Of a stretch of 32,000 bases of DNA, positions 17,062 to 27,381 are shown in pieces. This DNA is from Mycobacterium tuberculosis H37Rv (GTDB taxonomy: Bacteria > Actinomycetota > Actinomycetes > Mycobacteriales > Mycobacteriaceae), in contig NC_000962.3 in the NCBI RefSeq assembly GCF_000195955.2, positions 3,960,001 to 3,992,000 on the forward strand. The letters run 5' to 3'. How positions within the stretch are numbered: position 1 is the first letter of the stretch; each line of letters starts with the position of its first letter. Below the pieces are notes generated by a model. It made no database searches. It was not told the DNA's origin and worked only from the letters and a program-made list of their open reading frames with translations. A program made the translations under genes and the position numbers.

Positions 17062-17922
17062 ATGCCCATCGACTTGGACGTCGCGCTGGGTGCACAGCTA
17101 CCGCCCGTCGAATTCTCTTGGACCAGTACCGATGTGCAGCTCTACCAGCTGGGACTGGGCGCCGGCTCTGATCCGATGAACCCCCGTGAGCTGAGTTATC
17201 TGGCGGACGATACACCGCAGGTGTTGCCGACGTTCGGCAACGTCGCGGCCACCTTCCACCTCACCACACCACCGACCGTCCAGTTTCCGGGCATCGATAT
17301 CGAGCTCAGCAAGGTGCTGCACGCCAGCGAGCGAGTCGAGGTTCCCGCCCCGCTGCCGCCGTCGGGTTCGGCCAGGGCGGTCACCCGGTTCACCGACATC
17401 TGGGACAAGGGCAAAGCCGCGGTAATCTGCAGCGAAACGACGGCGACCACACCGGACGGCTTGCTGCTGTGGACGCAGAAGCGGTCGATCTATGCCCGTG
17501 GCGAAGGCGGATTCGGCGGCAAGCGCGGGCCGTCGGGATCAGATGTCGCGCCGGAGCGGGCGCCCGATCTGCAGGTCGCGATGCCGATTCTGCCGCAGCA
17601 AGCGCTGCTCTACCGGCTCTGCGGCGACCGCAACCCGCTGCACTCGGATCCCGAATTCGCCGCTGCCGCAGGCTTTCCCCGGCCTATTCTGCATGGCCTG
17701 TGCACCTATGGGATGACCTGCAAGGCGATCGTCGATGCATTGCTGGACTCCGATGCGACGGCCGTGGCCGGCTACGGCGCACGCTTTGCTGGCGTGGCGT
17801 ACCCGGGCGAGACGCTCACGGTCAACGTGTGGAAGGACGGCCGCCGCCTGGTGGCCAGTGTCGTCGCACCCACTCGTGACAACGCTGTGGTGCTCAGCGG
17901 AGTGGAGCTGGTGCCGGCATAG
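17062..17922 (+). CDS. hsd4B: MaoC-like (R)-specific enoyl-CoA hydratase, double hot-dog (Hsd4B/Rv3538-like, 286 aa)
   Basis: The hydratase-2 motif is YRLCGDRNPLHSDPEFAAAAGF. The ATG lies 1 nt after the kstD TGA. Confidence 0.92.
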   Translation: MPIDLDVALGAQLPPVEFSWTSTDVQLYQLGLGAGSDPMNPRELSYLADDTPQVLPTFGNVAATFHLTTPPTVQFPGIDIELSKVLHASERVEVPAPLPPSGSARAVTRFTDIWDKGKAAVICSETTATTPDGLLLWTQKRSIYARGEGGFGGKRGPSGSDVAPERAPDLQVAMPILPQQALLYRLCGDRNPLHSDPEFAAAAGFPRPILHGLCTYGMTCKAIVDALLDSDATAVAGYGARFAGVAYPGETLTVNVWKDGRRLVASVVAPTRDNAVVLSGVELVPA

Positions 17923-18058
17923 CGGTGCGGTCGGCGCTAAAGGTTTGGTGAGACTGCGGATTTCGCAGAAGTCGACATGACATTGCTGCTATGGTCTGCG
18001 GTGACGGGGCCGTCGCAGTGGTGGCGCGGCGGTTGGGCCGAGCCGGCGGGATGTTGTC

Positions 18059-19498
18059 ATGGCGGATTTCTTGACGTTGTCACCAGAGGTGAATTCGGCC
18101 CGGATGTACGCGGGTGGGGGGCCCGGGTCGCTATCGGCGGCCGCGGCGGCCTGGGATGAGTTGGCCGCCGAACTGTGGTTGGCGGCGGCCTCGTTCGAGT
18201 CGGTGTGCTCCGGCCTGGCGGACCGTTGGTGGCAAGGGCCGTCGTCTCGGATGATGGCGGCGCAGGCCGCCCGCCATACGGGGTGGCTGGCCGCGGCGGC
18301 CACCCAGGCAGAGGGAGCAGCCAGCCAGGCTCAGACGATGGCGCTGGCCTATGAAGCGGCGTTCGCCGCAACCGTACACCCGGCGCTGGTCGCGGCGAAC
18401 CGCGCCCTCGTGGCCTGGTTGGCGGGGTCGAATGTGTTCGGGCAGAACACCCCGGCGATTGCGGCCGCCGAGGCCATCTACGAGCAGATGTGGGCTCAGG
18501 ATGTTGTCGCGATGTTGAACTACCATGCGGTGGCCTCGGCGGTCGGGGCGCGGTTGCGGCCGTGGCAGCAGTTGCTGCATGAGCTGCCCAGGCGGTTGGG
18601 CGGCGAACACTCCGACAGCACAAACACGGAACTCGCTAACCCGAGTTCAACGACGACACGCATTACCGTCCCCGGCGCATCTCCGGTGCATGCAGCGACG
18701 TTACTGCCGTTCATCGGAAGGCTACTGGCGGCGCGTTATGCCGAGCTGAACACCGCGATCGGCACGAACTGGTTTCCGGGCACCACGCCAGAAGTGGTGA
18801 GCTATCCGGCCACCATCGGGGTCCTTAGCGGCTCTCTTGGCGCCGTCGATGCCAACCAGTCCATCGCTATCGGTCAGCAGATGTTGCACAACGAGATCCT
18901 GGCCGCCACGGCCTCCGGTCAGCCGGTGACGGTGGCCGGACTGTCGATGGGCAGCATGGTCATCGACCGCGAACTTGCCTATCTGGCCATCGACCCCAAC
19001 GCGCCACCCTCGAGCGCGCTCACATTCGTCGAGCTCGCCGGCCCGGAACGCGGTCTTGCCCAGACCTACCTGCCCGTTGGCACCACCATTCCAATCGCGG
19101 GGTACACCGTGGGGAATGCGCCCGAGAGCCAGTACAACACCAGCGTGGTTTATAGCCAGTACGATATCTGGGCCGATCCGCCCGACCGTCCGTGGAACCT
19201 GTTGGCCGGCGCCAACGCACTGATGGGCGCGGCTTACTTTCACGATCTGACCGCCTACGCCGCACCACAACAGGGGATAGAGATCGCCGCTGTCACGAGT
19301 TCACTGGGCGGAACCACGACAACGTACATGATTCCGTCGCCCACGCTGCCGTTGCTGTTGCCACTGAAGCAGATCGGTGTCCCAGACTGGATCGTCGGCG
19401 GGCTGAACAACGTGCTGAAGCCGCTCGTCGACGCGGGCTACTCACAGTACGCCCCCACCGCCGGCCCTTATTTCAGCCACGGCAACCTGGTGTGGTAG
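18059..19498 (+). CDS. PPE63: PPE family protein with a C-terminal PE-PPE (alpha/beta-hydrolase-like) domain (PPE63/Rv3539-like, 479 aa)
   Basis: The N-terminus is [25 protein letters not shown]. The C-terminal half contains a GxSxG serine-hydrolase pentapeptide ([12 protein letters not shown]). Confidence 0.93.
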   Translation: MADFLTLSPEVNSARMYAGGGPGSLSAAAAAWDELAAELWLAAASFESVCSGLADRWWQGPSSRMMAAQAARHTGWLAAAATQAEGAASQAQTMALAYEAAFAATVHPALVAANRALVAWLAGSNVFGQNTPAIAAAEAIYEQMWAQDVVAMLNYHAVASAVGARLRPWQQLLHELPRRLGGEHSDSTNTELANPSSTTTRITVPGASPVHAATLLPFIGRLLAARYAELNTAIGTNWFPGTTPEVVSYPATIGVLSGSLGAVDANQSIAIGQQMLHNEILAATASGQPVTVAGLSMGSMVIDRELAYLAIDPNAPPSSALTFVELAGPERGLAQTYLPVGTTIPIAGYTVGNAPESQYNTSVVYSQYDIWADPPDRPWNLLAGANALMGAAYFHDLTAYAAPQQGIEIAAVTSSLGGTTTTYMIPSPTLPLLLPLKQIGVPDWIVGGLNNVLKPLVDAGYSQYAPTAGPYFSHGNLVW

Positions 19499-20659
19499 TT
19501 AACCCAGGATCAGCCCGGACGTAGGCACCCCGGTGCCCGCGGTGACGAGCACATGCTCGACGCCCGCCACCGGGTTCACCGAGGTGCCGCGCAGCTGCCG
19601 CACCCCCTCCGCGATGCCGTTCATGCCATGGATGTAGGCTTCGCCGAGTTGACCGCCGTGGGTGTTGATGGGCAGCCGCCCGCCCACCTCGATCGCGCCG
19701 TCGGCGATGAAGTCTTTCGCTTCGCCCTTGCCGCAGAATCCCAACTCCTCCAACTGAATCAGGGTAAACGGCGTGAAGTGGTCGTAGAGGACTGCGGTCT
19801 GGACATCGGCCGGCGTCAGCCCCGACTGCGCCCATAGCTGCCGGCCCACCAGGCCCATCTCGGGCAGGCCGTCGAGTTCCGGCCGGTAGTAGCTGACCAT
19901 CGTGTACTGGTCTGGACTGCAGCCCTGCGCAGCCGCCTCAATGACCACCGGGCGCTGCTTGAGGTCCCGTGCGCGCGCAGCTGACGTCACCACGATCGCG
20001 ACCGCGCCGTCGGTCTCCTGGCAGCAGTCCAGCAGCCGCAGCGGCTCGGCGATCCACCTCGAATTCTGGTGGTCCTCAATGGTTATCGGCTTGCCGTAGA
20101 AGTACGCCTTGGGGTTGTTGGCGGCATGCTTGCGGTCGGCCACCGAGACAGCACCGAAGTCCCGGCTGGTCGCACCAGACAGGTGCATGTACCGGCGAGC
20201 GATCATCGCCACTTGCGCGGCGGGCGTGGAGAGCCCGTGCGGATACGAAAACGAATTGTCCACGCCGGTGGAGTCGGCATTCTCGGTCAAACGAGTTTGC
20301 ACCTGACCGAACCGCATGCCGGATCGTTCGTTGAATGCCCGATACGCCACCACGACGTCAGCCACCCCGGTGGCCACTGCCATAGCGGCGTGCTGCACGG
20401 TCGCACATGCGGCGCCACCGCCGTAGTGGATCTTGGAGAAGAACGTCAGCTCGCCGATGCCGGCCGCACGCGCCACGGCGATTTCGGTGTTGGTGTCCAT
20501 CGTGAACGTGGTCAGCCCGTCGACATCGGTCGGGCTCAGGCCCGCATCGGCCAACGCATCCAACACCGCCTCGGCCGCCAGCCGCAGCTCACTTCGACCG
20601 GAGTTCTTCGAAAAGTCGGTGGCGCCGATACCGACGATGGCCGCCTGACCCGATAACAC
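19499..20659 (-). CDS. ltp2: Thiolase-like steroid side-chain retro-aldolase Ltp2 (386 aa)
   Basis: This is a full ORF with a GTG start and an SCP-x/thiolase-like fold sequence. It is the last gene of the igr operon. Its start overlaps the chsH1 stop by 1 nt. Confidence 0.93.
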   Translation of the reverse strand: MLSGQAAIVGIGATDFSKNSGRSELRLAAEAVLDALADAGLSPTDVDGLTTFTMDTNTEIAVARAAGIGELTFFSKIHYGGGAACATVQHAAMAVATGVADVVVAYRAFNERSGMRFGQVQTRLTENADSTGVDNSFSYPHGLSTPAAQVAMIARRYMHLSGATSRDFGAVSVADRKHAANNPKAYFYGKPITIEDHQNSRWIAEPLRLLDCCQETDGAVAIVVTSAARARDLKQRPVVIEAAAQGCSPDQYTMVSYYRPELDGLPEMGLVGRQLWAQSGLTPADVQTAVLYDHFTPFTLIQLEELGFCGKGEAKDFIADGAIEVGGRLPINTHGGQLGEAYIHGMNGIAEGVRQLRGTSVNPVAGVEHVLVTAGTGVPTSGLILG

Positions 20660-21048
20660 TACGAATCCCTCATCGAAAGTTCCACCGTCGCGGTCACGTG
20701 GTCGCCAAGGGTATTGCGGCCCACCACCTTTACCGTGATCAAGCCGTCGTTCACCGCGGTCACCTCACCGGAGAACGTCACCGTGTCGTAGGCGTACCAC
20801 GGCACCCCCAGCCGCAGCCCAATCGACTTGATCAGCGCCGACGGGCCCGCCCAGTCGGTGACGTAGCGTTGCACCAGCCCGGTGTCGGTGAGGATGTTGA
20901 CGAAAATGTCTTTCGACCCCTGGGCGACGGCCTTGTCTCGATCATGATGCACATCCTGGAAGTCCCTGGTAGCCAGCGCCGTTGAGACGATGAACGTCGG
21001 GTCTCCGTAGAGCTTCAGCTCAGGCAGCACAGCACCAACAACCGTCAT
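20659..21048 (-). CDS. chsH1: MaoC-like enoyl-CoA hydratase small subunit ChsH1 (Rv3541c-like, 129 aa)
   Basis: This is a single hot-dog domain ORF. Its start forms an ATGA overlap with the chsH2 stop. Confidence 0.92.
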   Translation of the reverse strand: MTVVGAVLPELKLYGDPTFIVSTALATRDFQDVHHDRDKAVAQGSKDIFVNILTDTGLVQRYVTDWAGPSALIKSIGLRLGVPWYAYDTVTFSGEVTAVNDGLITVKVVGRNTLGDHVTATVELSMRDS

Positions 21049-21980
21049 TCGTCAGGCTCCCATGCGTAGAGGCTCCAGTCGGGGAAATCGATATAGGTCG
21101 CTCGTACCGGCATACCGATCGCAACACGAGCAGGATCGGCCCCCCGCAGCTCGCCCAGCATGCGTACCCCTTCCTCGAGCTCCACCAGCGCGATCACGAA
21201 GGGCACCGTGCGACCCGGAACTTTCGGCGCGTGATGCACCACGAAGCTGAACACCGTGCCGCGACCGCTGGAGACGACGTAGTTGATCGGCACCGATTTG
21301 TCTTGCCACACCGCCGGCACCGGTGGGTGCCGCAGGCTGCCATCGGCAAGCCGCTGGATCCGCAATTCGTGGGCCTTGACTCCATCCCAGAAAAACGCGG
21401 TGTCCCGCGACGACGAGGGACGCATCATAGCGTCGGGATCCAAATCGTCAGGCACCGAGCTCGGAGAACCCGCGGGCTTGAATTTGAGGATGCGCCAATT
21501 CATCTCTGCGACGTCCTCGTCCCCGACTTGCCATACGATGTGCTGGTTGATGAACCAGCCCTCGCCGAGCGCGGTTTGCTTGGGTCCGACGACGTCACCG
21601 AGCTCGGCGCTGATGCTGACTTGCTCCCCGGGCAATAGGTAGCGGTGGTAGGTCTGCTCGCAGTTGGTGGCAACCACACCGATGTAGCCGGCGTCGTCGA
21701 ACAGCTTGATGATGGGTCCCAGCGGATCGTCCTTCGGACGCACTCCGCCCAGACCCATCATGGTCCACACCTGAATCATGGCCGGTGGCGCGACGATTCC
21801 GGGGTGGCCGGCGGCGCGAGCCGCCGCGTCGTCCACATAGATGGGGTTGCGGTCGCCGATGGCCTCCACCCAGTTGTTGATCATCGGCTGGTTCACCGGG
21901 TCACGGGCCAGGCGCGGCTTGCTGGGCCCGGCCGCCTTGATCTGGGCAACCGCTTCCTGAATGTCGCTCACCCCGGTCAC
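21045..21980 (-). CDS. chsH2: MaoC-like enoyl-CoA hydratase large subunit ChsH2 with a C-terminal DUF35/OB-fold domain (Rv3542c-like, 311 aa)
   Basis: This is a full ORF. Its GTG start forms a GTGA overlap with the fadE29 stop. The architecture is an N-terminal hot-dog plus a C-terminal OB-like region. Confidence 0.92.
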   Translation of the reverse strand: MTGVSDIQEAVAQIKAAGPSKPRLARDPVNQPMINNWVEAIGDRNPIYVDDAAARAAGHPGIVAPPAMIQVWTMMGLGGVRPKDDPLGPIIKLFDDAGYIGVVATNCEQTYHRYLLPGEQVSISAELGDVVGPKQTALGEGWFINQHIVWQVGDEDVAEMNWRILKFKPAGSPSSVPDDLDPDAMMRPSSSRDTAFFWDGVKAHELRIQRLADGSLRHPPVPAVWQDKSVPINYVVSSGRGTVFSFVVHHAPKVPGRTVPFVIALVELEEGVRMLGELRGADPARVAIGMPVRATYIDFPDWSLYAWEPDE

Positions 21981-23140
21981 CTGGGCACCCTTGGCACTTT
22001 GAGGCCAGACGCGGCGATCATCTCGCGCATGACTTCGTTCACACCCCCGCCGAAGGTGATCACCAGGTTGCGCTTGGTCTGGGCGTCCAGCCAGCGCAGT
22101 AGCTCGGCGGTGTCGGGTTCGGCGGGGTTGCCGTACTTGCCAACGATTTCCTCGGCGAGCCGGCCGGCACGCTGAACACGCTCGGTGCCAAAGACTTTCG
22201 TGGCCGCGGCATCGGCCATGTTGATGTCCTCACCGGCGGACGCTACCTGCCAGTTGAGCAACTCGTTGATCCGCCAGATCGCACGAATCTCACCAAGAGC
22301 CCGCTTGACGTCGTCGTGGTCGATCGGCGTCACGCCGTTGCCACCCGGCACGGACGCCCACGCGTGCACCCGGTCGTAGATGCTGGCGAACCGCCCGGCC
22401 GGGCCGAGCATTACCCGTTCGTTGTTGAGTTGGGTGGTGATCAGCCGCCAGCCGTCGTTCTCCTTTCCGACCAGCATGTCGACCGGCACGCGCACGTCGT
22501 TGTAGTACGTGGCATTGGTGTGGTGGGCGCCGTCGGCCAAGATGATCGGCGTCCAGGAATAGCCGGGATCCTTGGTGTCGACGATTAGAATGGAAATGCC
22601 TTTGTGCTTAGCGGCATTCGGGTCGGTGCGGCAGGCCAGCCAGATGTAGTCGGCGTCGTGTGCGCCGGTGGTGAAGACCTTCTGGCCGTTGACGATGTAG
22701 TGGTCGCCGTCGCGAACGGCGGTGGTGCGCAACGACGCCAGGTCGGTGCCGGCTTCCGGCTCGGTGTAGCCGATCGCGAAGTGCGCCTCACCGGCCAGGA
22801 TCGCCGGCAGGAACTTCTTCTTCTGCAGCTCGCTGCCGTGCGCCTGCAGCGTGGGGCCGACGGTCTGCAGCGTCACCGCGGGCAGCGGCACGTCGGCGCG
22901 ATGGGCCTCGTTGACGAAGATCTGCTGCTCGATCGGACCAAAACCCAGACCGCCGAACTCTTTCGGCCACCCAACACCGAGCCTGCCGTCCCGGCCCATG
23001 CGCCGTATCACCGCACGGTAGGCCGGGCCGTGCCGGTCTTTCTCCATCTCCGTGCGCTCGTCGGGCGAGATGAGATTCGAAAAGTATTGCCGTATCTCGG
23101 CTTGCAGCTGGCGCTGCTCCGGCGTCAGGTCAATGAACAT
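21977..23140 (-). CDS. fadE29: Acyl-CoA dehydrogenase subunit FadE29 (ChsE2, 387 aa)
   Basis: The sequence is ACAD-family throughout. Its start lies 16 nt inside the 3' end of fadE28. Confidence 0.93.
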   Translation of the reverse strand: MFIDLTPEQRQLQAEIRQYFSNLISPDERTEMEKDRHGPAYRAVIRRMGRDGRLGVGWPKEFGGLGFGPIEQQIFVNEAHRADVPLPAVTLQTVGPTLQAHGSELQKKKFLPAILAGEAHFAIGYTEPEAGTDLASLRTTAVRDGDHYIVNGQKVFTTGAHDADYIWLACRTDPNAAKHKGISILIVDTKDPGYSWTPIILADGAHHTNATYYNDVRVPVDMLVGKENDGWRLITTQLNNERVMLGPAGRFASIYDRVHAWASVPGGNGVTPIDHDDVKRALGEIRAIWRINELLNWQVASAGEDINMADAAATKVFGTERVQRAGRLAEEIVGKYGNPAEPDTAELLRWLDAQTKRNLVITFGGGVNEVMREMIAASGLKVPRVPR

Positions 23141-24144
23141 CGCGCTCCCAGGAGCTCAAGGCGATGCGAGGGCCCGCCCAGCAGCCGGGTGAGGTCCTTG
23201 ATCGTGGAGTAGTAGCGGTGCATCGGATACGTGACGTCCATCCCCATGCCGCCGTGCAGGTGATGGCAGATTTGCATCGCCGGCGGCGCCTGCGATGTCA
23301 CCCAGTACCCGAGGACGCCCAGATCATCTCCCGCATCCAGATCCTCGGCCAGTCTCCAGATCACCGACTTGGCCACCAGGTCAATGGTGCGCGAGGCGAT
23401 GTAAACCTCGGCGAGCTGCGCGGCCACGGTCTGGAAGGTTGACAGCGGCTTACCGAACTGCTTCCGGTTCGCCACGTAGTCGGCGGTCAGCCGCAGCGCC
23501 CCGGCGACCAGCCCGTCGGCGTATGCACCCATGACGGCCAGCGCTAGCTGATTGACCCGGTGCGCGGCTACATCCGCCAGGATGTCACAGTCGGCAACCG
23601 CCACGCCGTCCATCGTCATCACATACTCGTCTGAACCATTCGATGTGGGCGTACGAACCATGCGCACACCGTCGGCCGTCGGCGACACCACCACGACGGC
23701 GTTGTCGGCGGTCACCAACATCCAGTCCGCCTGTTCGGCGTAGCCAACACCGACTTTGGTGCCCGACAACCGCCCACCCACAAAGCTAGTGGCAGGCCGA
23801 TCCGGCAGCGCCGCCCCGGGCTCGTTGAGCGCGGCGGTCAGTACTCCTCCCTTGGCCACCCCGGCCAGGAAGCGGTCCTGTTGCTCGGCGGATGCCAGCT
23901 CGAGCAGCGGCACCACCCCAAGACCCAGCGTTGCCAGCGCCGGCGTGACGGCGCCGTGGCGACCCACCTCGGTGAGCAGCGCGCCGACTTCGAATAGGCC
24001 CACGCCGTCGCCGCCGAGACGTTCCGGCACCGGCAGCGCCGTCACACCACCGCAGACCAGCGCCTCCCACGAGATGTCCCGCTCCAACACCGACGTGACC
24101 ACGTCGGCGACGGCTTGCTGTTCCGCAGTGGGATCGAAATCCAT
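23125..24144 (-). CDS. fadE28: Acyl-CoA dehydrogenase subunit FadE28 (ChsE1, 339 aa)
   Basis: The ATG at 24144 (MDFDPTAEQQAV...) overlaps the cyp125 TAA by 1 nt. The ORF-track start at 24162 would add 6 aa inside cyp125. Confidence 0.92.
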   Translation of the reverse strand: MDFDPTAEQQAVADVVTSVLERDISWEALVCGGVTALPVPERLGGDGVGLFEVGALLTEVGRHGAVTPALATLGLGVVPLLELASAEQQDRFLAGVAKGGVLTAALNEPGAALPDRPATSFVGGRLSGTKVGVGYAEQADWMLVTADNAVVVVSPTADGVRMVRTPTSNGSDEYVMTMDGVAVADCDILADVAAHRVNQLALAVMGAYADGLVAGALRLTADYVANRKQFGKPLSTFQTVAAQLAEVYIASRTIDLVAKSVIWRLAEDLDAGDDLGVLGYWVTSQAPPAMQICHHLHGGMGMDVTYPMHRYYSTIKDLTRLLGGPSHRLELLGARCSLT

Positions 24145-25445
24145 TAGTGAGCAACCGGGCATCTACCGGTGTAGTCGACCTGCCAGTGCTTAATGCCGTT
24201 GAGCCAGCCGGACCGCAGCCGCTCGGGCGCCGAGATCGGCTTGAGGTCGGGCATGTGGTCGGCTACGGCGTTAAAGATTAGGTTGATCGTCATCCGGGCC
24301 AGATTCGCACCGATGCAGTAGTGAGCGCCGGTGCCGCCGAAGCCGACGTGCGGGTTGGGGTTGCGCAGGATGTTAAATGTGAACGGATCCTGGAAAACCT
24401 CTTCGTCGAAGTTAGCCGACCGGTAGAACATCACCACCCGCTGACCCTTCTTAATCTGTACGCCGGACAACTCGTAGTCCCGCAGCGCGGTGCGCTGAAA
24501 AGCGGTGACCGGGGTTGCCCAGCGCACGATCTCATCGGCCGCGGTCTCCGGACGCACTTTCTTGTACAGCTCCCACTGGTCGGGGTGTTCAGCGAACGCC
24601 ATCATGCCCTGGGTGATGGAGTTGCGGGTGGTCTCGTTACCGGCCACCGCCAGCATCACCACGAAGAAGCCGAACTCGTCGTCGGAGAGCTTCTCGCCGT
24701 CGATATCGGCTTGGATCAACTGAGTCACGATGTCGTCGGCGGGGTTCTTCGCCTTCTCCTCGGCCATCTTCATCGCATAGCCGATCAGCTCCGCCGAGGA
24801 CGCCTTCGGATCGATGTGGGCGTATTCCGGATCCTCGTTGCCGGTCATCTCGTTTGACCAGTGGAACAGCTTGCCGCGGTCCTCCTGCGGCACGCCCAGC
24901 AAGCCCGCGATCGCCTGCAATGGCAGCTCACAGGAAACCTGCTCGACAAAGTCTCCAGAACCCGCGGCGGCCGCCTCCGCGGCGATCTTCTGGGCGCGCT
25001 CCTGGAGCTCGTCATGCAGGCGTCCGACCGCACGTGGCGTGAAGCCGCGAGAGATGATCTTGCGCAGCCGGGTGTGGTGCGGCGCGTCCATGTTGAGCAT
25101 GACGAAGCGCTGAACCTCGATGTCCTCACGCGCGATGTCGTTCTTGAATCGCGGGATCACCCCGTTTTCGTAGCTGGAGAACACGTCGCTATGCCGCGAT
25201 ATCTCTTTGACGTCGTTGAGTTTGGTGATCGCCCAGAAACCGCCGTCGTGAAAGCCGCCGCCCTTGCCAGGATCCTGCCCGTTCCACCAGATCGGCGCCG
25301 CGGACCGCAGCTCGGCGAATTCGGCAACCGGCAGCCGTTCGGCGTAGATTGCGGGGTCGGTGAAATCGAACCCGGGCGGCAGATTGGGGCTGGGCACGGT
25401 AGTTCTCCTTACTGCAATCTCCACTGACTGGTGATTCCACGACAC
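24144..25445 (-). CDS. cyp125: Cytochrome P450 steroid C26-monooxygenase Cyp125 (433 aa)
   Basis: The haem-binding motif is FGGTGAHYCIGANLA. The GTG at 25445 gives (M)SWNHQSVEIAVRRTTVPSPNLPPGFDFTDP, matching the N-terminus I recall. The ORF track extends to a TTG at 25514. Confidence 0.92.
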   Translation of the reverse strand: MSWNHQSVEIAVRRTTVPSPNLPPGFDFTDPAIYAERLPVAEFAELRSAAPIWWNGQDPGKGGGFHDGGFWAITKLNDVKEISRHSDVFSSYENGVIPRFKNDIAREDIEVQRFVMLNMDAPHHTRLRKIISRGFTPRAVGRLHDELQERAQKIAAEAAAAGSGDFVEQVSCELPLQAIAGLLGVPQEDRGKLFHWSNEMTGNEDPEYAHIDPKASSAELIGYAMKMAEEKAKNPADDIVTQLIQADIDGEKLSDDEFGFFVVMLAVAGNETTRNSITQGMMAFAEHPDQWELYKKVRPETAADEIVRWATPVTAFQRTALRDYELSGVQIKKGQRVVMFYRSANFDEEVFQDPFTFNILRNPNPHVGFGGTGAHYCIGANLARMTINLIFNAVADHMPDLKPISAPERLRSGWLNGIKHWQVDYTGRCPVAH

Positions 25446-25532
25446 TAGCTGTCCTAGTGAGGACCTTCTGCCAGTAAAACATGCCTTCACCGCAGACAAA
25501 AGGCATTGAAGCAACCTTGCTTGTCATAGTAA

Positions 25533-25546
25533 TGAAACGTGTTCTA
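25533..25546. promoter_or_regulatory. KstR operator, TGAAACGTGTTCTA, in the cyp125/fadA5 divergent region
   Basis: It is a full match to TnnAACnnGTTnnA. It overlaps a TANNNT box (TAGCCT, 25545-25550) placed 6 nt before the fadA5 ATG. Confidence 0.85.
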
Positions 25547-25547
25547 G

Positions 25548-26732
<1,185 letters not shown>

Positions 26733-26786
26733 CCTAGCTGCGGCAGGGCACCGTGCGGCGTGACTGCAACATGAAGCGACCGATGA

Positions 26787-27299
<513 letters not shown>

Positions 27300-27319
27300 C
27301 CGTTCCCAACTTCGCCGAA

Positions 27320-27367
27320 CGTGAAGCCAGGGCGAGAAAACGGCCGAAATCTCGCCCTGAGTTCACG
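27320..27367. terminator. Long hairpin between convergent ddn and Rv3548c; candidate bidirectional terminator
   Basis: A perfect 10-bp inverted repeat is formed by CAGGGCGAGA (27328-27337) and TCTCGCCCTG (27350-27359), with a 12-nt loop. An outer 6-bp pair extends it, CGTGAA (27320-27325) with TTCACG (27362-27367). No U-tract follows. Confidence 0.55.
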
Positions 27368-27381
27368 CTCGGCGCAGATAA

